Positions 20,841 through 29,176 of a stretch of 64,000 bases of DNA are shown in pieces. A model generated the notes under the pieces. The model ran no database searches. It saw nothing but the letters and a program-made list of their open reading frames with translations, and was not told the DNA's origin. This DNA is from a virus. How positions within the stretch are numbered: the stretch's first letter is position 1; each line of letters opens with the position of its first letter. The position numbers were made by a program, and so were the translations under genes. Location: positions 1-64,000 of IMG/VR virus record IMGVR_UViG_3300031997_000006; one strand, given 5' to 3'.

Positions 20841-21946
20841 AACATTTTAATAAAATCAAGATTAAATCCTATCATAATCTTAATAGATATATAAAGTTAA
20901 TTCAATCAAGAGATTCTAATAGAAAGCTAATATATTTTGAAAAACATCACATACTACCAAGGTCATTATTTAAGGAGTTTGAAAATTCTGATTTTAATAT
21001 AATTAAACTTACCCCTAGAGAACATTTTATCGCACATTTATTACTTGCGCGTACGATTGGTGGAAAAATGTGGTTAGCTGTAAGGTGTATGGCTAACGCT
21101 AAACCAGCACAACTACATAGAGGTGAATATAAAGTTAATAGTAAAATATATGAAAGATTGAGAATTGAGAGTTCAAAAATAATTGCAACACTTGCTAAAA
21201 CTCGTAGAGCAAATGAAACATTGGAACAAAAAGTTAACAGGATTAAAAAATGGCAGGAAAATTTTTATAATAAAACATTGGAAGAAAAAACATTAATATG
21301 GAAAAGAAATTTACAAACTAGAATAATAAACGAAACAGTAACATATTTTATATGTAGTTGCATTTCTTGTAGAAGCACAACAAAAAATATTAATAGACAC
21401 AAGTGCAAGATACCAAAAGTTAAAATACTTAAAATACCTAAAATAAAAATTATCCCAATAAAACAAATACTAAACTATACTTGCCCTATATGCGATAAAA
21501 CAAATTTTAGAAATGAAACATTTTATAATATTCATATTATAAAATGTCAAATACGATATAATAACAAAATAGAGAAAGAACAAGCTCGAAAAAATCGTTT
21601 ATGTACTATATGCTTTAAACAATTTAATTCAAAACTTTGGTTTGATAAACATATAGAAATTGGAACTTGTCATTTACCTATTGAAGAACAGAAAAGAATA
21701 TCAAGAAATAAAGCGAGACAAACTATGAATAGTAAATCTATTGAAGAAAAAGAAATTTATGGACAATTAATATCTCAAAAACGTAAAATATATTTACAAT
21801 CACTTTCAGAAGAAGAATTGATATTATATCACAACAAATTACGAAAATCAGCACTTGCGTACTATGATAGCACTGCTTATAATCCAGCGATTAGATCTCA
21901 ACAAATTAAAGAAGGTTTAAAAAATGACAAACATTCTAAAAATTGA
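20831..21946 (+). CDS. Free-standing HNH homing endonuclease with C2H2/C2HC-like fingers
   Basis: EKHHILPRS...LTPREHFIAHLLL; CPIC..H and CTIC..H; overlaps both helicase halves. Confidence 0.85.
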   Translation: MFLEHFNKIKIKSYHNLNRYIKLIQSRDSNRKLIYFEKHHILPRSLFKEFENSDFNIIKLTPREHFIAHLLLARTIGGKMWLAVRCMANAKPAQLHRGEYKVNSKIYERLRIESSKIIATLAKTRRANETLEQKVNRIKKWQENFYNKTLEEKTLIWKRNLQTRIINETVTYFICSCISCRSTTKNINRHKCKIPKVKILKIPKIKIIPIKQILNYTCPICDKTNFRNETFYNIHIIKCQIRYNNKIEKEQARKNRLCTICFKQFNSKLWFDKHIEIGTCHLPIEEQKRISRNKARQTMNSKSIEEKEIYGQLISQKRKIYLQSLSEEELILYHNKLRKSALAYYDSTAYNPAIRSQQIKEGLKNDKHSKN

Positions 21947-22826
21947 AGAAATAGATTATATTGGTGATGTATATAATTTACATGTTGAAAATAATCATAA
22001 TTATATTGCAAATGGAGTAGTAGTATCAAATTGCCACGGAAGTCGTGCGAAAATACTCCAATCATTACTATCAGAGTACGGAAAGAATATTGCGCACAGA
22101 TTTGGGTTAACCGGTACATTACCAGATCACCCAGTTGATTTAATGTTAGTTAAAGTTGTATTAGGTGATGTAATATTTACATCATATGCAAAAGATTTAA
22201 TTGAAGCAGGTTGGTTAGCAACTCCTAATATTAGTATAGTGCAATTAAATGATGTAGCTTATTTACAAAAAAGTGGCGTAAATGAAATTGAACATTTATT
22301 ATATGAGGAAGAATTACATTTTTTAAAGAGTTGTATCACCCGACAACAATGGATTGCAAATTATATAATTGAAAAAAGTAAATCAAGTAAAATAGGTAAT
22401 ACATTGATATTAGTTAATAACATCGTGTACGGTAAACAATTAACAAAATTAATTCCAAATGCGGTATTTTTACATGGAAAAGATAAAGATGCTATAAGAC
22501 AAAAGGTATACGATTTATTTGAAGTTCAAGATGATTTAATTGTAATTTGTACAAAACAAATCGCAGGTGTAGGTTTATCGATAGACCGTATTTTTATTTT
22601 GATATATATAGATGGGGGGAAGTCATTTATAAATACAATTCAAACAATTGGTCGTGGTCTTAGAAAAGGTCGTGATAAAGATTCAGTAGACATTATCGAC
22701 ATATGTGGTAATATGGTTATATCAAATAACCATTTAAAACAAAGGATAAAGTATTATAAAGGTGCGAATTATTTTTATAAAAAACATACAATTGAATATT
22801 ATAATGGAGATATAAATTTGTGTTAA
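21924..22826 (+). CDS. uvsW: Split intein C-half (36 aa, 21924-22031) fused to UvsW helicase C-part
   Basis: VYNLHVENNHNYIANGVVVSN|CHG completes DECH; GLTGT and QTIGRGLR helicase motifs. Confidence 0.9.
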   Translation: MTNILKIEEIDYIGDVYNLHVENNHNYIANGVVVSNCHGSRAKILQSLLSEYGKNIAHRFGLTGTLPDHPVDLMLVKVVLGDVIFTSYAKDLIEAGWLATPNISIVQLNDVAYLQKSGVNEIEHLLYEEELHFLKSCITRQQWIANYIIEKSKSSKIGNTLILVNNIVYGKQLTKLIPNAVFLHGKDKDAIRQKVYDLFEVQDDLIVICTKQIAGVGLSIDRIFILIYIDGGKSFINTIQTIGRGLRKGRDKDSVDIIDICGNMVISNNHLKQRIKYYKGANYFYKKHTIEYYNGDINLC

Positions 22827-23308
22827 TACAAGACGAACAAAATAAAACAATTATAATTGATTCGTTATATGTACCGATTGTATCAGATTACATGTGGGTT
22901 TTGGACCTCAATATGATGGATTATACATTAACACCAATTAAAATGTTAGAAGAAGTTGTATGTCCAACAATAACTCTTGATATTCGTGGTTATCATTGTA
23001 AAATACCAGCTAATTGGTATATGTTAGTGTATGATATTCATACAACACAACTTGATTCTATTGTGATATCAGATTTATCAAATAAACAATACAGTGCACT
23101 TGTATACGGATCTAGTATGTTAAGACCTGAACCGGCAATTATAACAGTAATCGATTATGAACTGAAAGCAGTAAACACTTATCCATCTTTTAATAGACAT
23201 TTAATGTTATGTCATTCAATTGATACAGAAAAATGGGTTACGATATCATTTTCAGACACATATAATAGATTTTTACGAAATAAAGATCTTAGTGATATTA
23301 TAAATTAA
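22820..23308 (+). CDS. Hypothetical protein
   Basis: 162-aa ORF, GGAG SD, GTG start. Confidence 0.6.
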   Translation: MLIQDEQNKTIIIDSLYVPIVSDYMWVLDLNMMDYTLTPIKMLEEVVCPTITLDIRGYHCKIPANWYMLVYDIHTTQLDSIVISDLSNKQYSALVYGSSMLRPEPAIITVIDYELKAVNTYPSFNRHLMLCHSIDTEKWVTISFSDTYNRFLRNKDLSDIIN

Positions 23309-23324
23309 TAACTAAGGAGAATAT

Positions 23325-23693
23325 ATGTCATTAGTAAAAAAACAAAAGAAAGTAATAACAGAAAAAACATCGATATCGGTAAATGAATTTAAATCATGGA
23401 TTTTAGGGGTGCAAGATATGCAAGGAGCTGATTGGTGCCCAAGTTCAGATCAATGGAAAAAAGTTCTTATGAAGATTGCTATATTGCAAGAAGTAGTTTA
23501 TTCGAATAATACACCAATTCAACATAATTATCAACCACAGTATCAGTCGACATTTGATCAATATGATCAGCAACATTCAACTAATACAACAGGTACTGCA
23601 ATAAACAATACACCTGTTCCTTTATATAAGGCAATCGATCTAAATAAAACACCTGATATTATAGTAGGTGAATACAAATCAGCATTTATGTAG
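23325..23693 (+). CDS. Hypothetical protein
   Basis: 122 aa, AAGGAG SD. Confidence 0.6.
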   Translation: MSLVKKQKKVITEKTSISVNEFKSWILGVQDMQGADWCPSSDQWKKVLMKIAILQEVVYSNNTPIQHNYQPQYQSTFDQYDQQHSTNTTGTAINNTPVPLYKAIDLNKTPDIIVGEYKSAFM

Positions 23694-24238
23694 TGAATAC
23701 AAAACTACTAGATAGAACGTTGTGGTATGATGGATCTGTAACGGTAAATCCGTCAGAGTTAATATCATTAGTATTGAAAAATAAGTTTAAAGGTAATTTG
23801 TATACAACAGAAATAACAAAAGAGATTAATGATTACAATAGATTAGTAAACAGTGATAATCAAATATCAATAAAAACGGCTAATAAAGAGCTTAACACAA
23901 ATTGGAATATTCCCAATGAATACAAACAGATAAATATCAAAAATTATATATTAGACAAATTAGGAAATGAAGTTATAGAATGTCATTTAAGTGATAAAGA
24001 TGTTATATTAAGAGTAAGCCGAATCATAAAAGAATTAAAAATATATAACAAATTAAATCTAAATGATTTATTAAGAGCATTAATATACATTATAGATACG
24101 TTTAACAAAGAAAACGTAGTATGGGGAGTAGGAAGGGGTAGTTCAGTATCAAGCTATGTATTATATTTAATAGGAGTGCATGATATTGATAGTGTATTAT
24201 ACGATTTAAATTTTAGTGAATTTCTCACAGGAGAATAG
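23693..24238 (+). CDS. DnaE-like (Pol III alpha) N-fragment
   Basis: GVGRGSSVSSYVLYLIG..DID....L.F.EFL, the DnaE GRGS block. Confidence 0.8.
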   Translation: MNTKLLDRTLWYDGSVTVNPSELISLVLKNKFKGNLYTTEITKEINDYNRLVNSDNQISIKTANKELNTNWNIPNEYKQINIKNYILDKLGNEVIECHLSDKDVILRVSRIIKELKIYNKLNLNDLLRALIYIIDTFNKENVVWGVGRGSSVSSYVLYLIGVHDIDSVLYDLNFSEFLTGE

Positions 24239-24241
24239 AGT

Positions 24242-24487
24242 ATGTCAAAAGTAATAAGTACGTTAGGACAAGTTGTTGATTTCGGTAAATTAAAAATACA
24301 ACATGAATTAGAAGAATCAAAAAACAATCCACCAGTTGTTGTAAAAGCTGAAGGTAGAGTAAGTACATTAGATCCAAATAAATTGGGTATGGGTATAAAG
24401 CCTAATTTAAAAGAGGGGTTGGTTTCATTAGCGTCTGATGCTACAGATCCAACTGATATTATTACAAGTAAATCAAAAAAGGTGTAG
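24242..24487 (+). CDS. Hypothetical protein
   Basis: 81-aa ORF, GGAG SD. Confidence 0.55.
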   Translation: MSKVISTLGQVVDFGKLKIQHELEESKNNPPVVVKAEGRVSTLDPNKLGMGIKPNLKEGLVSLASDATDPTDIITSKSKKV

Positions 24488-24488
24488 T

Positions 24489-24782
24489 ATGGCAATAACA
24501 CCGTTACATGATTCCATTATATTTGTTTTTGATGACATGGTTATTGGGAATGAATTTAATAATAAAACTGAATCTGGTATTGTATATAAAAGTTATTCAA
24601 TGGATGCGTCAACAGCAAGGTGGGCAACTGTATTGGCAATTGGACCTGAAGTTAAAGAAATTGTTATTGGTGATAATATTTTAATTGAAACCCTTAAATG
24701 GACTGAAGGATGTACAATGTCCGATGGAAATAAAGTTTGGCGTACTACAGAAGAATGGGTTATGTGTGTTAGAAAAAAATAG
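24489..24782 (+). CDS. GroES-like co-chaperonin
   Basis: PLHD, KTESGI, VLAIGP, IGD motifs; likely ATG at 24489. Confidence 0.75.
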   Translation: MAITPLHDSIIFVFDDMVIGNEFNNKTESGIVYKSYSMDASTARWATVLAIGPEVKEIVIGDNILIETLKWTEGCTMSDGNKVWRTTEEWVMCVRKK

Positions 24783-24863
24783 TTTAGTAATGAAGTGCAG
24801 AAGTGATTAATTGTACACCAGATAAATATTGATACTAATGAAATATTTATCTGGAGTTTCACT

Positions 24864-25769
24864 ATGTTTTTTATTATAATACAAACCTTTATAACATTGT
24901 GCATCGCACTTACCGCCGCAGGTTTCTCAATCTATGGGTTAGCTTATACTTTTTCGAGTGAATTCATGCCTGTTATTTTTATGGGAGTTGCATTAGAAGC
25001 AGGAAAACTAATGACAGCATCATTTTTATACAGATATTGGTATAAAATTGGTTGGATATTAAAGCTATACTTATCGTTTGCTGTAATTATATTAGTTGTA
25101 ATTACATCAGTAGGGATATTTTCATTTTTATCTAAAGGGTATCAAGAAGATACGCTCGTACTTAATAATAATAAAGTTAAAATTGAACAACTTGTTTCTG
25201 AAAAACAAGTTTTAATTGAACAAAAAAATGAAATTAATAAGTATCGAGCTGAAGCAGCTAAAGCAGTAGTTGGTGCTGAAAAAGGCACAAAACGTTGGAT
25301 GTTTACTGGAAAAGATGAAACAGCAAAACAAGCTCGTAATGATATATCGGTTGTTGATAATAGAATAACTGAAATTGGAAAAGAATTATCGTTATTACAG
25401 CAAGCACAAATTAATACTCAACTACATGTTGGACCTATAATTTATGTTGCAAAAGCGTTACATAAAGATGTTGATATAGCAACAACATATTTAATTATTT
25501 TATTAATTATAGTTTTTGATCCATTAGCTGTAGCACTTACCATATCTGTAAATATATCATTAAAACTTTTTTATGATGAAAAAATGCAGAATGAGTTGAA
25601 TTCAAATAAAATGCTCCATATAATAGAGCCAAATCACATCGATTCAGATCAAGTAGAATCTGCTATTAAAGATACACCACTTACTGAAGAACAAATCCAA
25701 CATACTCAATTGTTGGATGATGTTAATAAACGAAAACAACTAATTGACGATATTAGATATAATAATTAA
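24864..25769 (+). CDS. Membrane protein with coiled coil
   Basis: Three N-terminal hydrophobic segments, LEAGKL, GPIIYVA, IVFDPLAV. Confidence 0.65.
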   Translation: MFFIIIQTFITLCIALTAAGFSIYGLAYTFSSEFMPVIFMGVALEAGKLMTASFLYRYWYKIGWILKLYLSFAVIILVVITSVGIFSFLSKGYQEDTLVLNNNKVKIEQLVSEKQVLIEQKNEINKYRAEAAKAVVGAEKGTKRWMFTGKDETAKQARNDISVVDNRITEIGKELSLLQQAQINTQLHVGPIIYVAKALHKDVDIATTYLIILLIIVFDPLAVALTISVNISLKLFYDEKMQNELNSNKMLHIIEPNHIDSDQVESAIKDTPLTEEQIQHTQLLDDVNKRKQLIDDIRYNN

Positions 25770-25771
25770 TC

Positions 25772-28309
25772 ATGACATTTATAAAAAACGTACCATGGGA
25801 TAAAAAATATCAGCCAACAAAGATAGCTGATTTTATATTTGAAACAGGAATGCATGAACAGTATTTTAATCAAGTAATTGATAAAGGCAGTATTCCAAAC
25901 TTATTATTTTATGGTCCACGAGGAACTGGGAAAACTACATTAGCTCATATATTAATAAATGAATGTGGAATCGATCCTTTAGATGTAAAGATAATAAATG
26001 CATCTGATGATAATAATGTTGAAACAATACGTGATGTGGTTAAAAGTTTTATAACTACAACAGCGATGGGTGAATATAAAGTTGTATTACTAGATGAGGC
26101 AGATTATCTTTCACAGAGTGCTCAATCAGTATTAAGAGCAATGATGCTGGATTATGTAGATGTTGCAAGTTTTATTTTAACTTGTGTAACCGGAGATACA
26201 AAAGTATATACTCCATATGGGTATCAAAATATTGATAATGTTACTCCAGGAGTTCAAATAATTTCTAATAAATTAACGCTATTACAAAATCAAAGTACAA
26301 AAATCTCATATACTGATTGTTTGGTACGATTAAAAACTCAACACGGACAAGATATATCAGTTACTCCTAATCACGTATTATTAACATTAAATGGTGAAAT
26401 TACTGCTAAAGAATTATTAATTGGTGATAATGTATTAATTAATATTAGGGCAATGTACGGCAATTCTTATAAGTATGAAACTTTATTAAACTTTTTTGAT
26501 TTAAATGATTTTAAGGATTGGTTACACTATAATAAATCAATACCGTATAATAGTGAGTTTAATTATTTAGCAGAAAATTCTGTAGTTGTATTTATATCTG
26601 CGCACCATCAAATATATAAATGGATTGTTAATAACAATATACAAGAAATAAGTATAAGTATTATTGCCGCAGCTGTTAATAACATTAGTATTAATCAAGC
26701 GAGAAATTTTATTAAAAAGATTAAACAATTTTTAATACCACATACCCGTACACAAAATGCATATATAAAGTACACTATAACAGAATCATTAATTAATGAA
26801 TATAATAGAGTTGTATATGAATATGAGACTTTATTTCATAAAAAGTATAATGACCATATTAACTTTCATGTACAGAGACAAAAAGCAGCAATGTTATCTG
26901 TTGAATCTATTATACAATCATTAAATCTCGATTTTACAGATGATCTTATATTATCAATGGGAAGATTAATAGGTATGTTGCATGGTGACGGTCATTTATC
27001 AACTAATATTCACTTTGCCGCTGATAATCCAAATACATTAATCAAAATACTAAAAGATATTTCTAAAATCAAACAAACTAACATTAAGATTAGTAATAAT
27101 GGAAAAAATTCTAATGGATTGTGTATATGTTGGGGAGATAAAGCATTAAGTTTATTATTTGAATATTTTGGTGCCGCTACTGGTAATAAAACTATTCAAT
27201 ATAGAACAATACCAAAACATTGTTATAGTTCTAACTTATTTAAAAAAGGATTTATACAAGGTTTATTTGACGCAGATGCAACTTGGTGTGTAATCAATAA
27301 AAAAAACGGAAAAACTGTTAATCCGATAATGTTTGGTCAACATTTTCATAAAGATCAATTAGATGAAAAATTTATGGAAGGTATTGTTGATTTACTTAAA
27401 TCATTCAATATTATAAGTCATATACACACATTTAATGTATCAGGAGGGTTTGGAATACAACAAGATAATAGGGTAGGTAAATCTATACAAATATTAACGC
27501 AAAATTCTATTAAACAGTATTTATTATGTATTGGTAGTTATTATGATAAGTCAATGTCTGATGACATTCTTGGTTATTTGATGTATAAAGAACAACAATT
27601 AGGATATAATTTTGATACATTTACAGAGTGGAAACAAAATTACTATATTGATGGACATATTAATGACACTATAATAGAAGTTGTTAATGATACTGTAATT
27701 AATACTCCAGTATATGATTGCTGTTTTAACGATTATCATTGGTATATTACAAACGGGTTAATATCTCACAATTGTAACTACATCCAAAAGATTTTGCCCG
27801 AATTAAGATCTAGATGTGAAGAATTTAAAATGATTGCCGGTAACAAAAATGATATCACAGAAATGGTTGTAAAAATTCTTATTAAAGAAAATGTAAAAAT
27901 AACAGATGGAACATTTGATATAATAGATAAGTTAGTTGATAAGGGATACCCTGATATACGGAAAATAATTAAGCTCACGCAGCAACATACCATAAATGGT
28001 GCTCTGGTGTCATCTTCTATAGAAACATTGGGAGCGTTAAGTTCTGATGTATTATCTTACATCTCTAAAGATAAGTGGGGGAAAGTTCGTGAATTAGTTA
28101 CGACAAGTATTTCAAATGCAACTGAATATGAAGAAATATATAGATTATTATATGATAACCTCCATATATCTAAAAAGTTCACAAACCCAGATAATTATGA
28201 TTCTGGTATAGTAACAATCGCAGAGTTTTTATATAGGCATTACACTTATAGTGATCCTGAAATTAATTTTGCAGCGTGTATAATATCATTAGGTATAATA
28301 GGTAAGTAG
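25772..28309 (+). CDS. Clamp loader AAA+ subunit (gp44/RFC-like) with intein
   Basis: KYQP, GPRGTGKT, INASD, LDEAD, FILT|..|CNY, SRC. Confidence 0.9.
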   Translation: MTFIKNVPWDKKYQPTKIADFIFETGMHEQYFNQVIDKGSIPNLLFYGPRGTGKTTLAHILINECGIDPLDVKIINASDDNNVETIRDVVKSFITTTAMGEYKVVLLDEADYLSQSAQSVLRAMMLDYVDVASFILTCVTGDTKVYTPYGYQNIDNVTPGVQIISNKLTLLQNQSTKISYTDCLVRLKTQHGQDISVTPNHVLLTLNGEITAKELLIGDNVLINIRAMYGNSYKYETLLNFFDLNDFKDWLHYNKSIPYNSEFNYLAENSVVVFISAHHQIYKWIVNNNIQEISISIIAAAVNNISINQARNFIKKIKQFLIPHTRTQNAYIKYTITESLINEYNRVVYEYETLFHKKYNDHINFHVQRQKAAMLSVESIIQSLNLDFTDDLILSMGRLIGMLHGDGHLSTNIHFAADNPNTLIKILKDISKIKQTNIKISNNGKNSNGLCICWGDKALSLLFEYFGAATGNKTIQYRTIPKHCYSSNLFKKGFIQGLFDADATWCVINKKNGKTVNPIMFGQHFHKDQLDEKFMEGIVDLLKSFNIISHIHTFNVSGGFGIQQDNRVGKSIQILTQNSIKQYLLCIGSYYDKSMSDDILGYLMYKEQQLGYNFDTFTEWKQNYYIDGHINDTIIEVVNDTVINTPVYDCCFNDYHWYITNGLISHNCNYIQKILPELRSRCEEFKMIAGNKNDITEMVVKILIKENVKITDGTFDIIDKLVDKGYPDIRKIIKLTQQHTINGALVSSSIETLGALSSDVLSYISKDKWGKVRELVTTSISNATEYEEIYRLLYDNLHISKKFTNPDNYDSGIVTIAEFLYRHYTYSDPEINFAACIISLGIIGK
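26183..27772 (+). mobile_element. Cis-intein (530 aa) with LAGLIDADG endonuclease
   Basis: CVTGDT start, TPNH, LIGMLHGDG and FIQGLFDAD, ISHN|C end. Confidence 0.9.
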
Positions 28310-28311
28310 CA

Positions 28312-28647
28312 ATGGCAAGACCAAAGAAAAAATCAATTGAAGATATGAATGTTGATGAAAAAGAGCAATATGATTTGAATTTTGTTGCAAATCATGCAAC
28401 ATTAAGCGACAGAATTTCTTGGACTCGAAAACATGATAATATGCAAAAACTCATTGCACAAATTCATCCAGTTGAAGAACAAATTATTGAACTGCGGGCA
28501 TCTATATTACCAATATACGATGAAATTAATCAATTGAGACAAATTATGGTTGAAGAATGTGTACATCCAATAGATATGTTAGTATTACATAATAATTATA
28601 TTGAATGTAAATTTTGTAATAAAAAGTTTAATCCAACATCTGTTTAA
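28312..28647 (+). CDS. Hypothetical protein with C-terminal zinc motif
   Basis: CVH...CKFC. Confidence 0.6.
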   Translation: MARPKKKSIEDMNVDEKEQYDLNFVANHATLSDRISWTRKHDNMQKLIAQIHPVEEQIIELRASILPIYDEINQLRQIMVEECVHPIDMLVLHNNYIECKFCNKKFNPTSV

Positions 28648-28955
28648 TATCCAAAAAATTTAGTATTTGCAGTGGTTTGTTTCCACGATTCATCACGTAT
28701 TCCCTTATTAGATGCATCTTGTAATTGAGTTACTGCAAAACTAATATTATCCTCATATTGGTCCCACGAGTCTTTTAAAGCTGGGGTCGGTCTTTCAACG
28801 TTTTCCTCTTTATACGCTCTGTGTACTAATTCAAGAGCGCTAAACCACACCGATTCTGTATCGTGTGCACCAGCTTTAATATATTTGCGAATAGCCATAT
28901 TTTTTTCATATGGGATTGCATCTGATATGTCTTCTAACACTTGTGCTAATTTCAT
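28644..28955 (-). CDS. Putative head/internal protein
   Basis: 103 aa, MKLAQVLE leader. Confidence 0.55.
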   Translation of the reverse strand: MKLAQVLEDISDAIPYEKNMAIRKYIKAGAHDTESVWFSALELVHRAYKEENVERPTPALKDSWDQYEDNISFAVTQLQDASNKGIRDESWKQTTANTKFFGY

Positions 28956-29107
28956 GTTTGTTCTCTTTTCATCTTATTAATTGTACGTATTAAATCTGCA
29001 TTTTTACGTTGCTCCCGACGCATTTTTACCTCTAAATCTTGTATAGTTTTTTGATACATTAATATTTGTAATTGCAGTCGTTTGATTTTAGGATCTATTG
29101 TATTCAT
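28952..29107 (-). CDS. Small coiled-coil protein (51 aa, not in ORF track)
   Basis: MNTIDPKIKRLQ...KREQT; ATGA overlap with next gene; TATAAATA at 29113-29120 on the minus strand. Confidence 0.55.
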   Translation of the reverse strand: MNTIDPKIKRLQLQILMYQKTIQDLEVKMRREQRKNADLIRTINKMKREQT

Positions 29108-29112
29108 GTATA

Positions 29113-29147
29113 TATTTATAATAGTTTTTATTAAACAGATATAAATA
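29113..29147. promoter_or_regulatory. Divergent late promoters
   Basis: TATAAATA on minus 29113-29120 and plus 29140-29147. Confidence 0.6.
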
Positions 29148-29176
29148 TAATTATATACATTAATAGGAGTAATAAC

